Translations under genes and position numbers: made by a program | Shown here: positions 50,100 through 58,683 of the stretch, one piece after another | Layout of the letters: each line of letters starts with the position of its first letter | How positions within the stretch are numbered: the first letter of the stretch is position 1 | The notes under the pieces: model-generated | What the model was told of the DNA's origin: nothing | Databases searched by the model: none | The model's input: the letters and a program-made list of their open reading frames with translations, nothing else | Assembly (NCBI GenBank): GCA_046754465.1 | Contig: JBHHVU010000008.1 | Location: 1 to 64,000 of the forward strand | DNA from: Nitrospinaceae bacterium | Lineage (GTDB): Bacteria > Nitrospinota > Nitrospinia > Nitrospinales > VA-1 | Length of the DNA stretch: 64,000 nucleotides | Direction: 5' to 3'

Positions 50100-51638
50100 T
50101 TAGGAGCATTTGCACCGGACGTTTAAAAAAGGGTTCAAGGAGCTGAAGTCGATTTTCCCCGGCCTATAAGGGGAATGTTCGGCGAAGTGGTTGAGGTGGT
50201 CTGATTTTAAAGTTCTCCTTTTTTCTCTTTCTTTGGTTTTTCCTGTGAGTACCAGCAAAAGGTAAAGATAGGTAAAGGCCATTTGATGATCAAAGCAATT
50301 CCGCACCGTCAGCTTCATGTAGGACAAGGCTTCTGGATAGTTCTTGTTTTTTATCCGCAATTCTCCCAGATGAAAAAAAACTTTACCTTTAAGGGAAATA
50401 TTCTGGGTGATATCCAAAATCCTTGAGAACATCTCTTCAGCTTCCGTCTCACGGTTTTCTCTTTTTAAATTTGAGGCGGTTCGATACAGACTGAGAGTTT
50501 CCTGGAAGTTTTCCCCGCGGGTGAAAGATGTTGTTGCGCTCTCGCAATATTTTTGGGGGTCCATGATCCAACAGTTTTGACAGGCAAGGGGAAGTTTTGT
50601 TGGGTCGGAAGAAAAATGCAGGTATCGGAAATAGCGAAATGGAAAAGAATTCCAATACGTTTCGGGTGAAAGGTTCCGGGTTTCCAGGGGCAGGGTTATG
50701 GGCCCGCAACATATCGAGGGTTGATTGCGGTTCAAGTTGAATATCAGATGTTTGTCTACGAAATAACATGTCTCCGTTCTTTCCTGCATTTGTTCTTCTT
50801 CAAATATTCTGATATGCATGCCCCGGGCATTTCCTTTTCTGATCGCCTTATTAATCTTTTCCCTTGAATCATTTAGATTAGAAAATATAGATTTCTCGAA
50901 CAGGCGCTCGTTCCAGGGAATCATGAAAATCAAATCAACGATCCGGATTTCATGGGAATAAGCGGTTTGGAAAATATCATCCAAGTATTCCAGGTTTTCT
51001 CTATCCAAAGCAAGGGTCATCATTGCGATTGGATGATTGCAGGATAGTTCCCGTTTTGTTTCCTGGAAAACTTTCAATTTTTCCCAAAATTTTTGAATAT
51101 ATTTTTCATTTCCGGCGCCATGGCCAACAGCGGTTTTCCCATCAAAGGAGAAGTTGATATATTGAAGTTTGGATTGGATCAGCCTTATTGTTTTTTCCCT
51201 GTTTAGGGGGACCCCACTGGTGGTGATAAAAGAAATCTTGCCATTTAGTTGCTTAATAAATTCATAGAGGTATGGAGAGTCCAGCGTTTCTCCCATACCT
51301 ACCAATACGACATGTGATGCGGATTTTATCCAGGGGGATAATTGTTCAAACTCTTTTGGCTGCAGATATTTATAACCTGGAAAAAGGTAAGTGCGGTCCG
51401 AAAACCCCGCATTACACATCTCACAACCGACCCCACAAGTATAAGAAACAGAAGTGCTGATGATTTTTGGGAGTGTCGCTCTGAAAATTTTTAGAGGGGC
51501 CTCTTTCCCGGTTGCCTTCATCAATAGGTCCCGCAGTAGGTTTAATCCGCGGGATTGCTGCCGGATAAGCCCGCGAGCCTTTTCCAGGTCATCCACAAAT
51601 ATGGATTGGATAATCTCTTTTTTTATGTTGGGTGGCAA
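50100..51638 (-). CDS. Radical SAM protein with SPASM/Twitch-like and TPR domains (paralog 1)
   Basis: CGVGCEMC, GMGETL, FSFDG, C...ICC...WNS...CQNC, TPR (KVFFHLGEL). Confidence 0.85.
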   Translation of the reverse strand: MPPNIKKEIIQSIFVDDLEKARGLIRQQSRGLNLLRDLLMKATGKEAPLKIFRATLPKIISTSVSYTCGVGCEMCNAGFSDRTYLFPGYKYLQPKEFEQLSPWIKSASHVVLVGMGETLDSPYLYEFIKQLNGKISFITTSGVPLNREKTIRLIQSKLQYINFSFDGKTAVGHGAGNEKYIQKFWEKLKVFQETKRELSCNHPIAMMTLALDRENLEYLDDIFQTAYSHEIRIVDLIFMIPWNERLFEKSIFSNLNDSREKINKAIRKGNARGMHIRIFEEEQMQERTETCYFVDKHLIFNLNRNQPSICCGPITLPLETRNLSPETYWNSFPFRYFRYLHFSSDPTKLPLACQNCWIMDPQKYCESATTSFTRGENFQETLSLYRTASNLKRENRETEAEEMFSRILDITQNISLKGKVFFHLGELRIKNKNYPEALSYMKLTVRNCFDHQMAFTYLYLLLVLTGKTKEREKRRTLKSDHLNHFAEHSPYRPGKIDFSSLNPFLNVRCKCS

Positions 51639-51790
51639 AGAGGTTTCCTCTGGAATTTTTTTTTAGTTATTTTATCGAGCAAAAAAAATCTGATCCTTTT
51701 TGTGGATCGGTAAAAAAAGAAAGATAATCCTGAGTATTGTAAACAGTCCTGGATGACCTTCCTGGGAGGAGAACCCAATCCCCCGCTGCT

Positions 51791-52849
51791 TCACATTCTG
51801 GTGACGACGCTGAGCATCCACAACCCCTGGGGATTGACGTGGGAGGAATATTTTTTGAATCCAAAACCGTGATAATTGAGAAAATGGATCAGGTCTTCCT
51901 CCTTGAACCACAGGCTCTCTCCCGTGACGCCCGACAGTCCGTCTTCCCAGCCCCCCTCGGGATAAACTTCGAACGTGTAGGTCCCGCTTTCCAGGGTCAC
52001 GTCGCGGGTTTTGCGTCCGGGGGGGGAATGGTCAGAGGAGATATGACCGCACAGGACGATGGTATCGCTGTGTTCCATGCAGGTTTTCAGGAGCCACCAG
52101 GGCTTGTCCGAATGATAGAACACCCCCGCGCAAAAAATGATGTCAATTTTTTCCGTCACCAGTTGGGGGAACAGGTGCATATCCCCCAGGATCAGTTCGT
52201 AGTTCCGCCAGTTGTAGAGGGACCGGATCACTGATGTCTTCGCGTAATTCAGAGGGCGGGCTTCCAGCCCGATGACTTTCCGGGGTTTCTGATCCATGAT
52301 CATGACTGTGTCGTGCCCTTCAAAGGGTCCCAGTTCCAGAACCGTCTTGTTTTGAAAATCGACTCCGGGCGGGACCGGGTGCCAATAGGGCGATTCCCCC
52401 GCCAGGGGAGACAACCCGCGACCGAAAAGAAAATCGTCGAACTGGAAATTTAGTGGATCGCGCAGTTCCTCGATCAGGGAATAAGTTCTCAGCAGGGTTT
52501 TCAGGTGGATTGTCCGGCAGGGGCACAGGGACTGGATTTTGAGAAAGGTGTCGTACAACTGGCTAGCCTCCGCGCTGGAAGCAATGACGACCACATCCTC
52601 CGCTTTCAATTCGGACAGTTCTGTCATGGGCCGGATGAGGTGACCCTCCAGGGTGTCTTTTTCACGATACGCATCCTCCTCGAAAACACCGATCAAGGGG
52701 ATATCGGTATTTTCGAGGGCCATCAAAAAAAGCGACGCGGAAGCCTTCGTGCCCACCACGGCAATGCAGCCGTTCAACTGTTTGCACTGGGCATAAATAC
52801 AGCGCCGTAAAATCGCGTTATCGAGTGGGAGTTTTCCGGGATCTGTCAT
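51791..52849 (-). CDS. Rossmann-like N-domain + class I SAM methyltransferase (paralog B)
   Basis: IAVVGT...VVVIASS N-domain, VLELGPFEG, DIIFCAGVFYH. Confidence 0.82.
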   Translation of the reverse strand: MTDPGKLPLDNAILRRCIYAQCKQLNGCIAVVGTKASASLFLMALENTDIPLIGVFEEDAYREKDTLEGHLIRPMTELSELKAEDVVVIASSAEASQLYDTFLKIQSLCPCRTIHLKTLLRTYSLIEELRDPLNFQFDDFLFGRGLSPLAGESPYWHPVPPGVDFQNKTVLELGPFEGHDTVMIMDQKPRKVIGLEARPLNYAKTSVIRSLYNWRNYELILGDMHLFPQLVTEKIDIIFCAGVFYHSDKPWWLLKTCMEHSDTIVLCGHISSDHSPPGRKTRDVTLESGTYTFEVYPEGGWEDGLSGVTGESLWFKEEDLIHFLNYHGFGFKKYSSHVNPQGLWMLSVVTRM

Positions 52850-52850
52850 C

Positions 52851-53915
52851 TTATTTTTTGGAGGAGGAATGGGTTTTTGTCACGACGCTGAAAATCCAGA
52901 GTCCGGTCCCTTCGATGACGGTGGAACCGTAGGATTCGTAATGGAATCCATAATAGTTCAGAAACCGGATCAGGTCTTTTTCAGCAAACCAAAGGCTGCA
53001 GGGAGTCAACCCCGATAAACCGTCGCCATCTTCCGGGTATTCCTCGAAATGATACGTTCCGCTTTCCAGGGTCACGTCGCGGGTTTTGCGTCCGGGGGGT
53101 GAATCCCCGGAGGCCACGTGGCCGCACAGAACAATGGTTTCACTGTGTTGCATACAAGTTTGCAGCAGCCACCAGGGTTTGTCCGAATGATAGAATACCC
53201 CGGAGCAGAAAATAATGTCTATTTCATCTTTTATCAGGTGGGGGAAAAGATGCATGTCACCCAGAACCAACTCATGGTTTTGCCATTTGTAAAGAGACCG
53301 CATCACGGAGGTTTTGGCATAATTCAACGGCCGGGCTTCCAGACTGATCACTTTTTTGGGTTTCAGGCTCATGAGCATGACGGTGTTGTTTCCTTCAAAG
53401 GGTCCCAACTCCAGAACTGTCTTGTTTTGAAAATCGACCCCGGGCGGGACCGGGTGCCAATAGGGCGATTCCTCCTCCAGGGGAGACAAGCCGCGGCCGA
53501 AAAGAAAATCGTCGAACCGGAATATCAGTGGATCGCGCAGTTCCTCGATCAGGGAATAAGTTCCCAGCAGGGTTTTCAGGTGGATCGTCCGGCAGGGGCA
53601 CAGGGAGCGGATTTTTTGGAAAGTATCGTACAATTCAGTCGCCTCGGCGCTGGAGGCGATGACGACCACATCCTCGGGTTTCAGCAGGGACAGTTCGTTC
53701 AGGGATCGAACCGCATGACCCTCGAAAAATTTTTGGTGACGGAACGCGTCGACCTCATACACCCCCAGGACTGGGATCTCGGTGCCGCCAAGGATCTTCA
53801 GCAGGAAAGACGCGGAGGATCGGGTGCCCACGACCGCGATGCGCGCGTTGTACTTCTTGCACTGCCGGTAAACCAGCCGCTCCAACCGATCTTGAACCTC
53901 CCGCCGGGATGCCAC
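52851..53915 (-). CDS. Rossmann-like N-domain + class I SAM methyltransferase (paralog A; start GTG 53915 or TTG 53936)
   Basis: Collinear with paralog B. VLELGPFEG, DIIFCSGVFYH, GGAGG upstream of the GTG. Confidence 0.82.
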   Translation of the reverse strand: MASRREVQDRLERLVYRQCKKYNARIAVVGTRSSASFLLKILGGTEIPVLGVYEVDAFRHQKFFEGHAVRSLNELSLLKPEDVVVIASSAEATELYDTFQKIRSLCPCRTIHLKTLLGTYSLIEELRDPLIFRFDDFLFGRGLSPLEEESPYWHPVPPGVDFQNKTVLELGPFEGNNTVMLMSLKPKKVISLEARPLNYAKTSVMRSLYKWQNHELVLGDMHLFPHLIKDEIDIIFCSGVFYHSDKPWWLLQTCMQHSETIVLCGHVASGDSPPGRKTRDVTLESGTYHFEEYPEDGDGLSGLTPCSLWFAEKDLIRFLNYYGFHYESYGSTVIEGTGLWIFSVVTKTHSSSKK

Positions 53916-53932
53916 GTCCGTTGCGTCCTCCC

Positions 53933-54871
53933 TCAATGAGTGATCATCAGTTTTTCGATCTCGGCATCGGGAACGGTCCTTGTCCTCTGGATGCGGTAGC
54001 GGCGCGCCAGCAGGGGAACGAGCTTCATCATGGCGGCGAACTTGCTTTTCAAGAGGACCGCGCCCTGCCCCCGGTAAGAAAAGTATTTGATGTCCGCTAG
54101 CTGGTGTTTCAGGATGGTGAAGAAATATTTGAAGTACATTCCCAGGGACAAGTTTTTGATCAGGACATAAATATCGTTGCGCTTGCACAGGTAGACGTAC
54201 CGGTCGCTATAGAGTCCCACCGTGGCCGTGCCGATGTGGTAGACCTTGGCTTGTGGCAAGTAGACGGCCTGGAATCCCTGGAGCTGACCGCGCATGTTCA
54301 GGTCCACGTCCTCGGCGAAGATGAAGAAATCCTCGTCGAAAACACCCACCGTGTCGAACAGTTCCCGGCGGTAGATTCCGGCCCCGGCGCAGGCGCCGAA
54401 AACGTATTCCTCCCGGTCGTACTGACCGGCGTCTTTTTCACCCTGCCCCCGCCCGCCGCCGGACGACCAGGCGTGGAACAGGTCGCCGGTGTTGTAAAAG
54501 GTGTCCCGTTGGTCCAGGAACATCATCTTGGTGGTTCCCATACCGCATTCCGGGTGCCGCTCCATGCCTTCGTAAAGCTGGGTGATCCAGCCGGGTTCCA
54601 CCTCGATGTCGTTGTTGAGGAGGCAGATGTAATCCCCGCGTGCGGCCTGGATGCCCCGGTTGCAGGCCGTCGCGAACCCCATGTTCTCCGGCAGTTTGAC
54701 CAGGCGGACCCAGGGGTATTCCTCCTCCACCAGTTCGCGGGATCCGTCCACCGAGCCATTATCCACCACGATCACTTCAAAAGCGCCGAAGGTGGACGCC
54801 GCGAGGGAATCCAGACACATCCCGATAAAACGGATTCCGTTCCAGTTGGGTACGATAACGCTGACTTTCAA
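53933..54871 (-). CDS. Glycosyltransferase family 2
   Basis: SVIVPNWNG, VVDNGSVDGS, ENMGFA, LLNND, EDVDL. Confidence 0.92.
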   Translation of the reverse strand: MKVSVIVPNWNGIRFIGMCLDSLAASTFGAFEVIVVDNGSVDGSRELVEEEYPWVRLVKLPENMGFATACNRGIQAARGDYICLLNNDIEVEPGWITQLYEGMERHPECGMGTTKMMFLDQRDTFYNTGDLFHAWSSGGGRGQGEKDAGQYDREEYVFGACAGAGIYRRELFDTVGVFDEDFFIFAEDVDLNMRGQLQGFQAVYLPQAKVYHIGTATVGLYSDRYVYLCKRNDIYVLIKNLSLGMYFKYFFTILKHQLADIKYFSYRGQGAVLLKSKFAAMMKLVPLLARRYRIQRTRTVPDAEIEKLMITH

Positions 54872-54908
54872 GGGAAGCCTCCTTTTTAAAATTTAAGGGG
54901 GACCGGCA

Positions 54909-57344
54909 TTAACAAGCTTCGGATGCCGGACGCTGTTCCGTCGCCGGGGCTTTTTCGTCCTCTGAGCGATCCCGTTGCGGGCGGGTCAGGAGATTCCTGG
55001 CGCCCTCATGAGAGGGGTCCAGTTTCAGGCATCGCCGGGCAAATTCTTTTTTTTGTTCGCCAGAGGACAACCGCGCCAGGCGAAACCAGGCCCCGGCGCG
55101 GATATGGCCGTAGGTGTCCGCCGAACGGGCGGCTTGCTCAAAAAGCGAGAAGGCCCTTTCGGGTTCGCCCATTCGTTCGAGCGCGGAGGCCCTGGCGTAG
55201 AGCAGCAGGGAATTTTCCGGGTCCTGTTGTAAATAATGACCGAGGGTCTCGTGCTCCGGCCGTTGGTCCGCGTCCAGCCTGGCGAGGGCCACCGCCGCCT
55301 GCGTCTGCAGCCATTCACGGTCTTTGCGGTTCCCGGTGTTGGCGGCTTCGGCGAATACGCGCCTCAGGCCTTCCCGGTCCTTCAATTCCGTCAACGATTC
55401 CATCAGGGATTGCCAGGCGTCGTGCCGGTTCGGAACCAGCGTCCGGAACCGTTCGAACCCCGCGGCCGCCTCCCGGTGGTTCCCGCGTTTCTGGTGGTGG
55501 AGGGCGGTCAGGTAGATCGTCTCCGTATTTTCCCCGAACCGCCGCGTCTCTTCCGCGAGTAAGTCCCCCGCCGTGTCCAGTTGCCCGAGCCTGATTTTCT
55601 GTTTGGCGAGCATGAGGCGGACGTGCTCACAGAGAGGTTGCTCGTCGAGGGCCTTTTCAAAGGCGCGGGCGGCTTCTTCCGGCCGGTTGCCTTGATCGAG
55701 GATCTCCCCCATGTAGATGAGGCCCATCCAGTCATGCGGATTGAGCCGGACGAGTTTCCGGCATTCTTTCAGGGCGGTGGCGGGTTTTCCCCGCGCGAGG
55801 TCGGAGCGGTCGATGCGGGGGGCGTGCCAGTCTCCCGCCGTCAACGCTTCCAGGATGCGCATCTTGTCTTTCCAGGGCAGGGAGAGGGGGTCCGTAGCGG
55901 CCGGGGCGCGTCGCGCCAGCCGATAGAGGCCAAACCGGGCGAGCACCGCTTTGACCGGTTCATATCCCAGGCCGGTCACTTCTTCCAGGAGCCCGAGGTC
56001 GAGGTCGGGAAAGGATTTTATGAGATAAACCGGTTTGTGGCGGACCAGTCCGCCGATGACGCTGTCAAAAAAGCCGGTCAGGGCCGGGGTGTCCCACGGG
56101 CCGATCGTATGATGGAGAAAATTATCCGCGGCGGGCAGGTCCGTGTAGTGATAGAGCTGGGAAAAGGTTCCCCAGACGAAAATCCGTTCGCCGGACTCCC
56201 CGCGCCTCTTTACCAGGCGTTTCAAAATTTTTCCCAGATGGGGAAGGTAAATATATTGGTCGAATTTTTCATAGCGCGCCAAGGTTTCGGGGTGGGCTGG
56301 CCGCAAGTAAAAATCGCGAAGGCTGTAAAGGTTCCACAGCGTGAGTCCCAGAAAAACGGCGAAACCTCCCGCCGCGGCGGGTCCTCCCACCTGGTGCAGT
56401 CCGTCCATCGCCAGTCCGCCTCCCAGGGCCAGCAGGGCCAGCCAGGGAAGGTAATGATACCGGGAAAAACCCCGCTGGGCGAAAATCATGAACAAGGTGA
56501 CCCCGGTGAAGGGAACGAACCAGATGCCATGGCCTCCCAGGAAAGAGGGGATCAAACCGGGGGCTCCGAGGACCCAGAGCGGAAGTGTTTGCAGGATCAG
56601 GTGGCGAATTTCACGGGCCACGCTGAAGTACATGGACTTGGTGCGGGTCAACCGCAGGGTGGTGGCCATCCGAGTCCGCATTTGCGCGCGGGAGGCAGCA
56701 TCCCAAAACCCCAGTTTCCATTCGATGCCGTTGGAAACGGTGAACGGCAGGCAGCAGGCCAGGATAAAAACGGCCATGGGTTGCAAACCCCATTGCAAGG
56801 CGATCACCGGGGTCAAGGCCGCGGCGTACAAGCCGGTGGTGTATTTGGGGATGGTGGCGAGGCCAAAGCACGCTCCGGCCCAGAACACGGCCTCGGGTCC
56901 CTGGGTCAAAAAAGCCAAACCCAGCAAGGTCCACGGAATGTAAAACTGCTCGTGATTGAAGGAACCCGCGGTGAGATCGGGAGAGGTCCCGTAACACGCG
57001 TGCAACAGACCCCCGCCCAAAGCCGCCCAGGGATTCTGCGTCATCGCCATCAGCGCACCGTAAATGACCAGGGAAGCGGCGACATGAAACACGGTTTGCA
57101 GGTGGCGGATTCTCCGCACCCCCCCGGCGGAGTTTCCGTACAGTTTGTCCAAAAGGAGCATCCGCCAGATGGGAATGCCGATGATCTGCAAATCCCGTTT
57201 CCATTGGAATCCCCGATCGGCGAACCGGGCCCGGTAGGTATAAATGGCGAAATCGTCGTCCAGGGGGAAATCCCGGAAAGGGAGGCGGCATGCCACGCCC
57301 GTCAAAATGATCAGGAGCGGAAAGGTGACCTGTAAGATATCCAT
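54909..57344 (-). CDS. GT-C-fold (ArnT/PMT-like) membrane glycosyltransferase with C-terminal TPRs
   Basis: First TM followed by the acidic motif LDDDFAIY, about 10 TM helices, then about 300 aa of TPR-like repeats. Confidence 0.72.
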   Translation of the reverse strand: MDILQVTFPLLIILTGVACRLPFRDFPLDDDFAIYTYRARFADRGFQWKRDLQIIGIPIWRMLLLDKLYGNSAGGVRRIRHLQTVFHVAASLVIYGALMAMTQNPWAALGGGLLHACYGTSPDLTAGSFNHEQFYIPWTLLGLAFLTQGPEAVFWAGACFGLATIPKYTTGLYAAALTPVIALQWGLQPMAVFILACCLPFTVSNGIEWKLGFWDAASRAQMRTRMATTLRLTRTKSMYFSVAREIRHLILQTLPLWVLGAPGLIPSFLGGHGIWFVPFTGVTLFMIFAQRGFSRYHYLPWLALLALGGGLAMDGLHQVGGPAAAGGFAVFLGLTLWNLYSLRDFYLRPAHPETLARYEKFDQYIYLPHLGKILKRLVKRRGESGERIFVWGTFSQLYHYTDLPAADNFLHHTIGPWDTPALTGFFDSVIGGLVRHKPVYLIKSFPDLDLGLLEEVTGLGYEPVKAVLARFGLYRLARRAPAATDPLSLPWKDKMRILEALTAGDWHAPRIDRSDLARGKPATALKECRKLVRLNPHDWMGLIYMGEILDQGNRPEEAARAFEKALDEQPLCEHVRLMLAKQKIRLGQLDTAGDLLAEETRRFGENTETIYLTALHHQKRGNHREAAAGFERFRTLVPNRHDAWQSLMESLTELKDREGLRRVFAEAANTGNRKDREWLQTQAAVALARLDADQRPEHETLGHYLQQDPENSLLLYARASALERMGEPERAFSLFEQAARSADTYGHIRAGAWFRLARLSSGEQKKEFARRCLKLDPSHEGARNLLTRPQRDRSEDEKAPATEQRPASEAC

Positions 57345-57559
57345 TTCTTGACGATTTCGGTGAGGGATCGGTTAGGGTTTCCGAGCCGGGGGATGCCCCG
57401 GATTCTTCCCAAACCGCCAACCCGGCTCCAAATCCCCCTATTAAGTAAAGATCGGAATAAATAGCGAACAGCTTTAGGGAAAGGACCCCCCGGCGGGGAA
57501 CGGGCCGGAAGAAGGAAAACATGGGATCCATTGAGTCATCGCGAGTTATGGCTGACTGT

Positions 57560-58519
57560 TCAGGAGGTCCCGGATTTTGGCACTTTCATGAAAAGAAGTT
57601 TCAATTTTAGGGATACCGAGTCCTCCACCCCCCGCCATGGTCGGCCCGTCACCCGTTTGAACAGGGACCGGATGATGCCCATGCAGAAAGTCAGGCAGTA
57701 AAGGAACCGCAAAATCACGTTCCAGCCTGGGGAATAATATTTGGAGAAAAAATAGAGATTGCTTTTGTAGGTTTCGAGGATTACCCTTTCCCTGATTTCG
57801 GGCTGATGCGTGCTTTTTCCCCGCAGATGTTTTACGGAAGTGTCCGGGAAAAAACAGATCTTTTGCCCCCGGCTCCGAGCCCGCCGGCAGAAATCGTCTT
57901 CCTCGTTGTATAAGAAATAATTTTCATCCAACAAGCCCACGGCCTTGTCGAAAAGTTTTCTCCGGATCACGAAACAGGCTCCGCCGACGACCTCCACTTC
58001 CCGGGTTTGGAGAGGTCCCATGCGCTTGAATTCATCGGCGGATGGATATTTTCCCAGAATCTTCAGGATCGCGTCGCGGGGCGTGTCTTCCCAAAGCCGC
58101 ATGGAGCAGAGCCGGTCCCGGGAATCGATGATGGCCGGACTCAGGATGGAAAATTCCGGCCGGCTTCTCAGGAAGCGGATGATTTTTAAAAAGGAGTTTT
58201 CAACGAGTAGCGTATCGGGGTTCAGTAAAACGATGAACTCCCCCCGCGAAAGGAGAATGGCCTGGTTGTTGGCGGCGGAAAACCCGCGGTTTTCGGTGTT
58301 CTCTATCAGGCGGACTTCCGGGAAATGTTCTTTCACCGCCTCCACGCTGCCATCGGTGGAATGATTGTCCACCACGAAGATTTCGAAAGAAAGGTCCGGG
58401 GTGTGCTCATGAACCGATCGCAGGCACTCGATCAAAATATCCCGGGTATTGAAATTGACGACGATGATGGACAGGTCCAGCGAGGGTGGGTGGGTGAATT
58501 TGCAGGGTCGGGGGGTCAA
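57560..58519 (-). CDS. Glycosyltransferase family 2 (WbbL-like)
   Basis: SIIVVNFN, VVDNHSTDGS, NRGFSAANNQ, LLNPDT, YNEEDDFC. Confidence 0.92.
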   Translation of the reverse strand: MTPRPCKFTHPPSLDLSIIVVNFNTRDILIECLRSVHEHTPDLSFEIFVVDNHSTDGSVEAVKEHFPEVRLIENTENRGFSAANNQAILLSRGEFIVLLNPDTLLVENSFLKIIRFLRSRPEFSILSPAIIDSRDRLCSMRLWEDTPRDAILKILGKYPSADEFKRMGPLQTREVEVVGGACFVIRRKLFDKAVGLLDENYFLYNEEDDFCRRARSRGQKICFFPDTSVKHLRGKSTHQPEIRERVILETYKSNLYFFSKYYSPGWNVILRFLYCLTFCMGIIRSLFKRVTGRPWRGVEDSVSLKLKLLFMKVPKSGTS

Positions 58520-58683
58520 GCCGGAATCCTTTAAGATTAATTTCCCGGAGTATTTTAAATCATTTGAGGGAAAAGGGAGGATTTAATTCCACGCCATGGG
58601 CGCGGGTGGCGCGTCTTGCTTTCCAGGCGGGAATTGGAGAAAATAGGCTGAAAAGGGATTGTTCATTTTTCAAGGAGAGAAGG

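Noticed and set aside
51667..51864. Cys-containing 65-aa ORF as a RiPP precursor for the rSAM-SPASM pair
   Set aside because: It starts with TTG inside the methyltransferase gene in another frame and has no SD. The context is glycosyltransferases, with no peptidase, transporter or RRE evident.
52019..52026. G8 tract in methyltransferase B as a phase-variation switch
   Set aside because: Short tract encoding Ser-Pro-Pro in frame. The paralog has the same peptide with G6. No evidence of slippage without reads.
51791..53915. Diversity-generating retroelement (TR/VR pair) suggested by the near-identical blocks
   Set aside because: Mismatches are not confined to adenines on either strand, both copies are full collinear genes, and no reverse transcriptase is present.
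417..57335. Long antisense or alternate-frame ORFs (e.g. 417-1568, 15650-17035, 27488-28807, 38485-40011, 46186-47652, 55581-57335)
   Set aside because: Shadows of well-supported genes, expected from high-GC codon bias. They contain no recognisable motifs.
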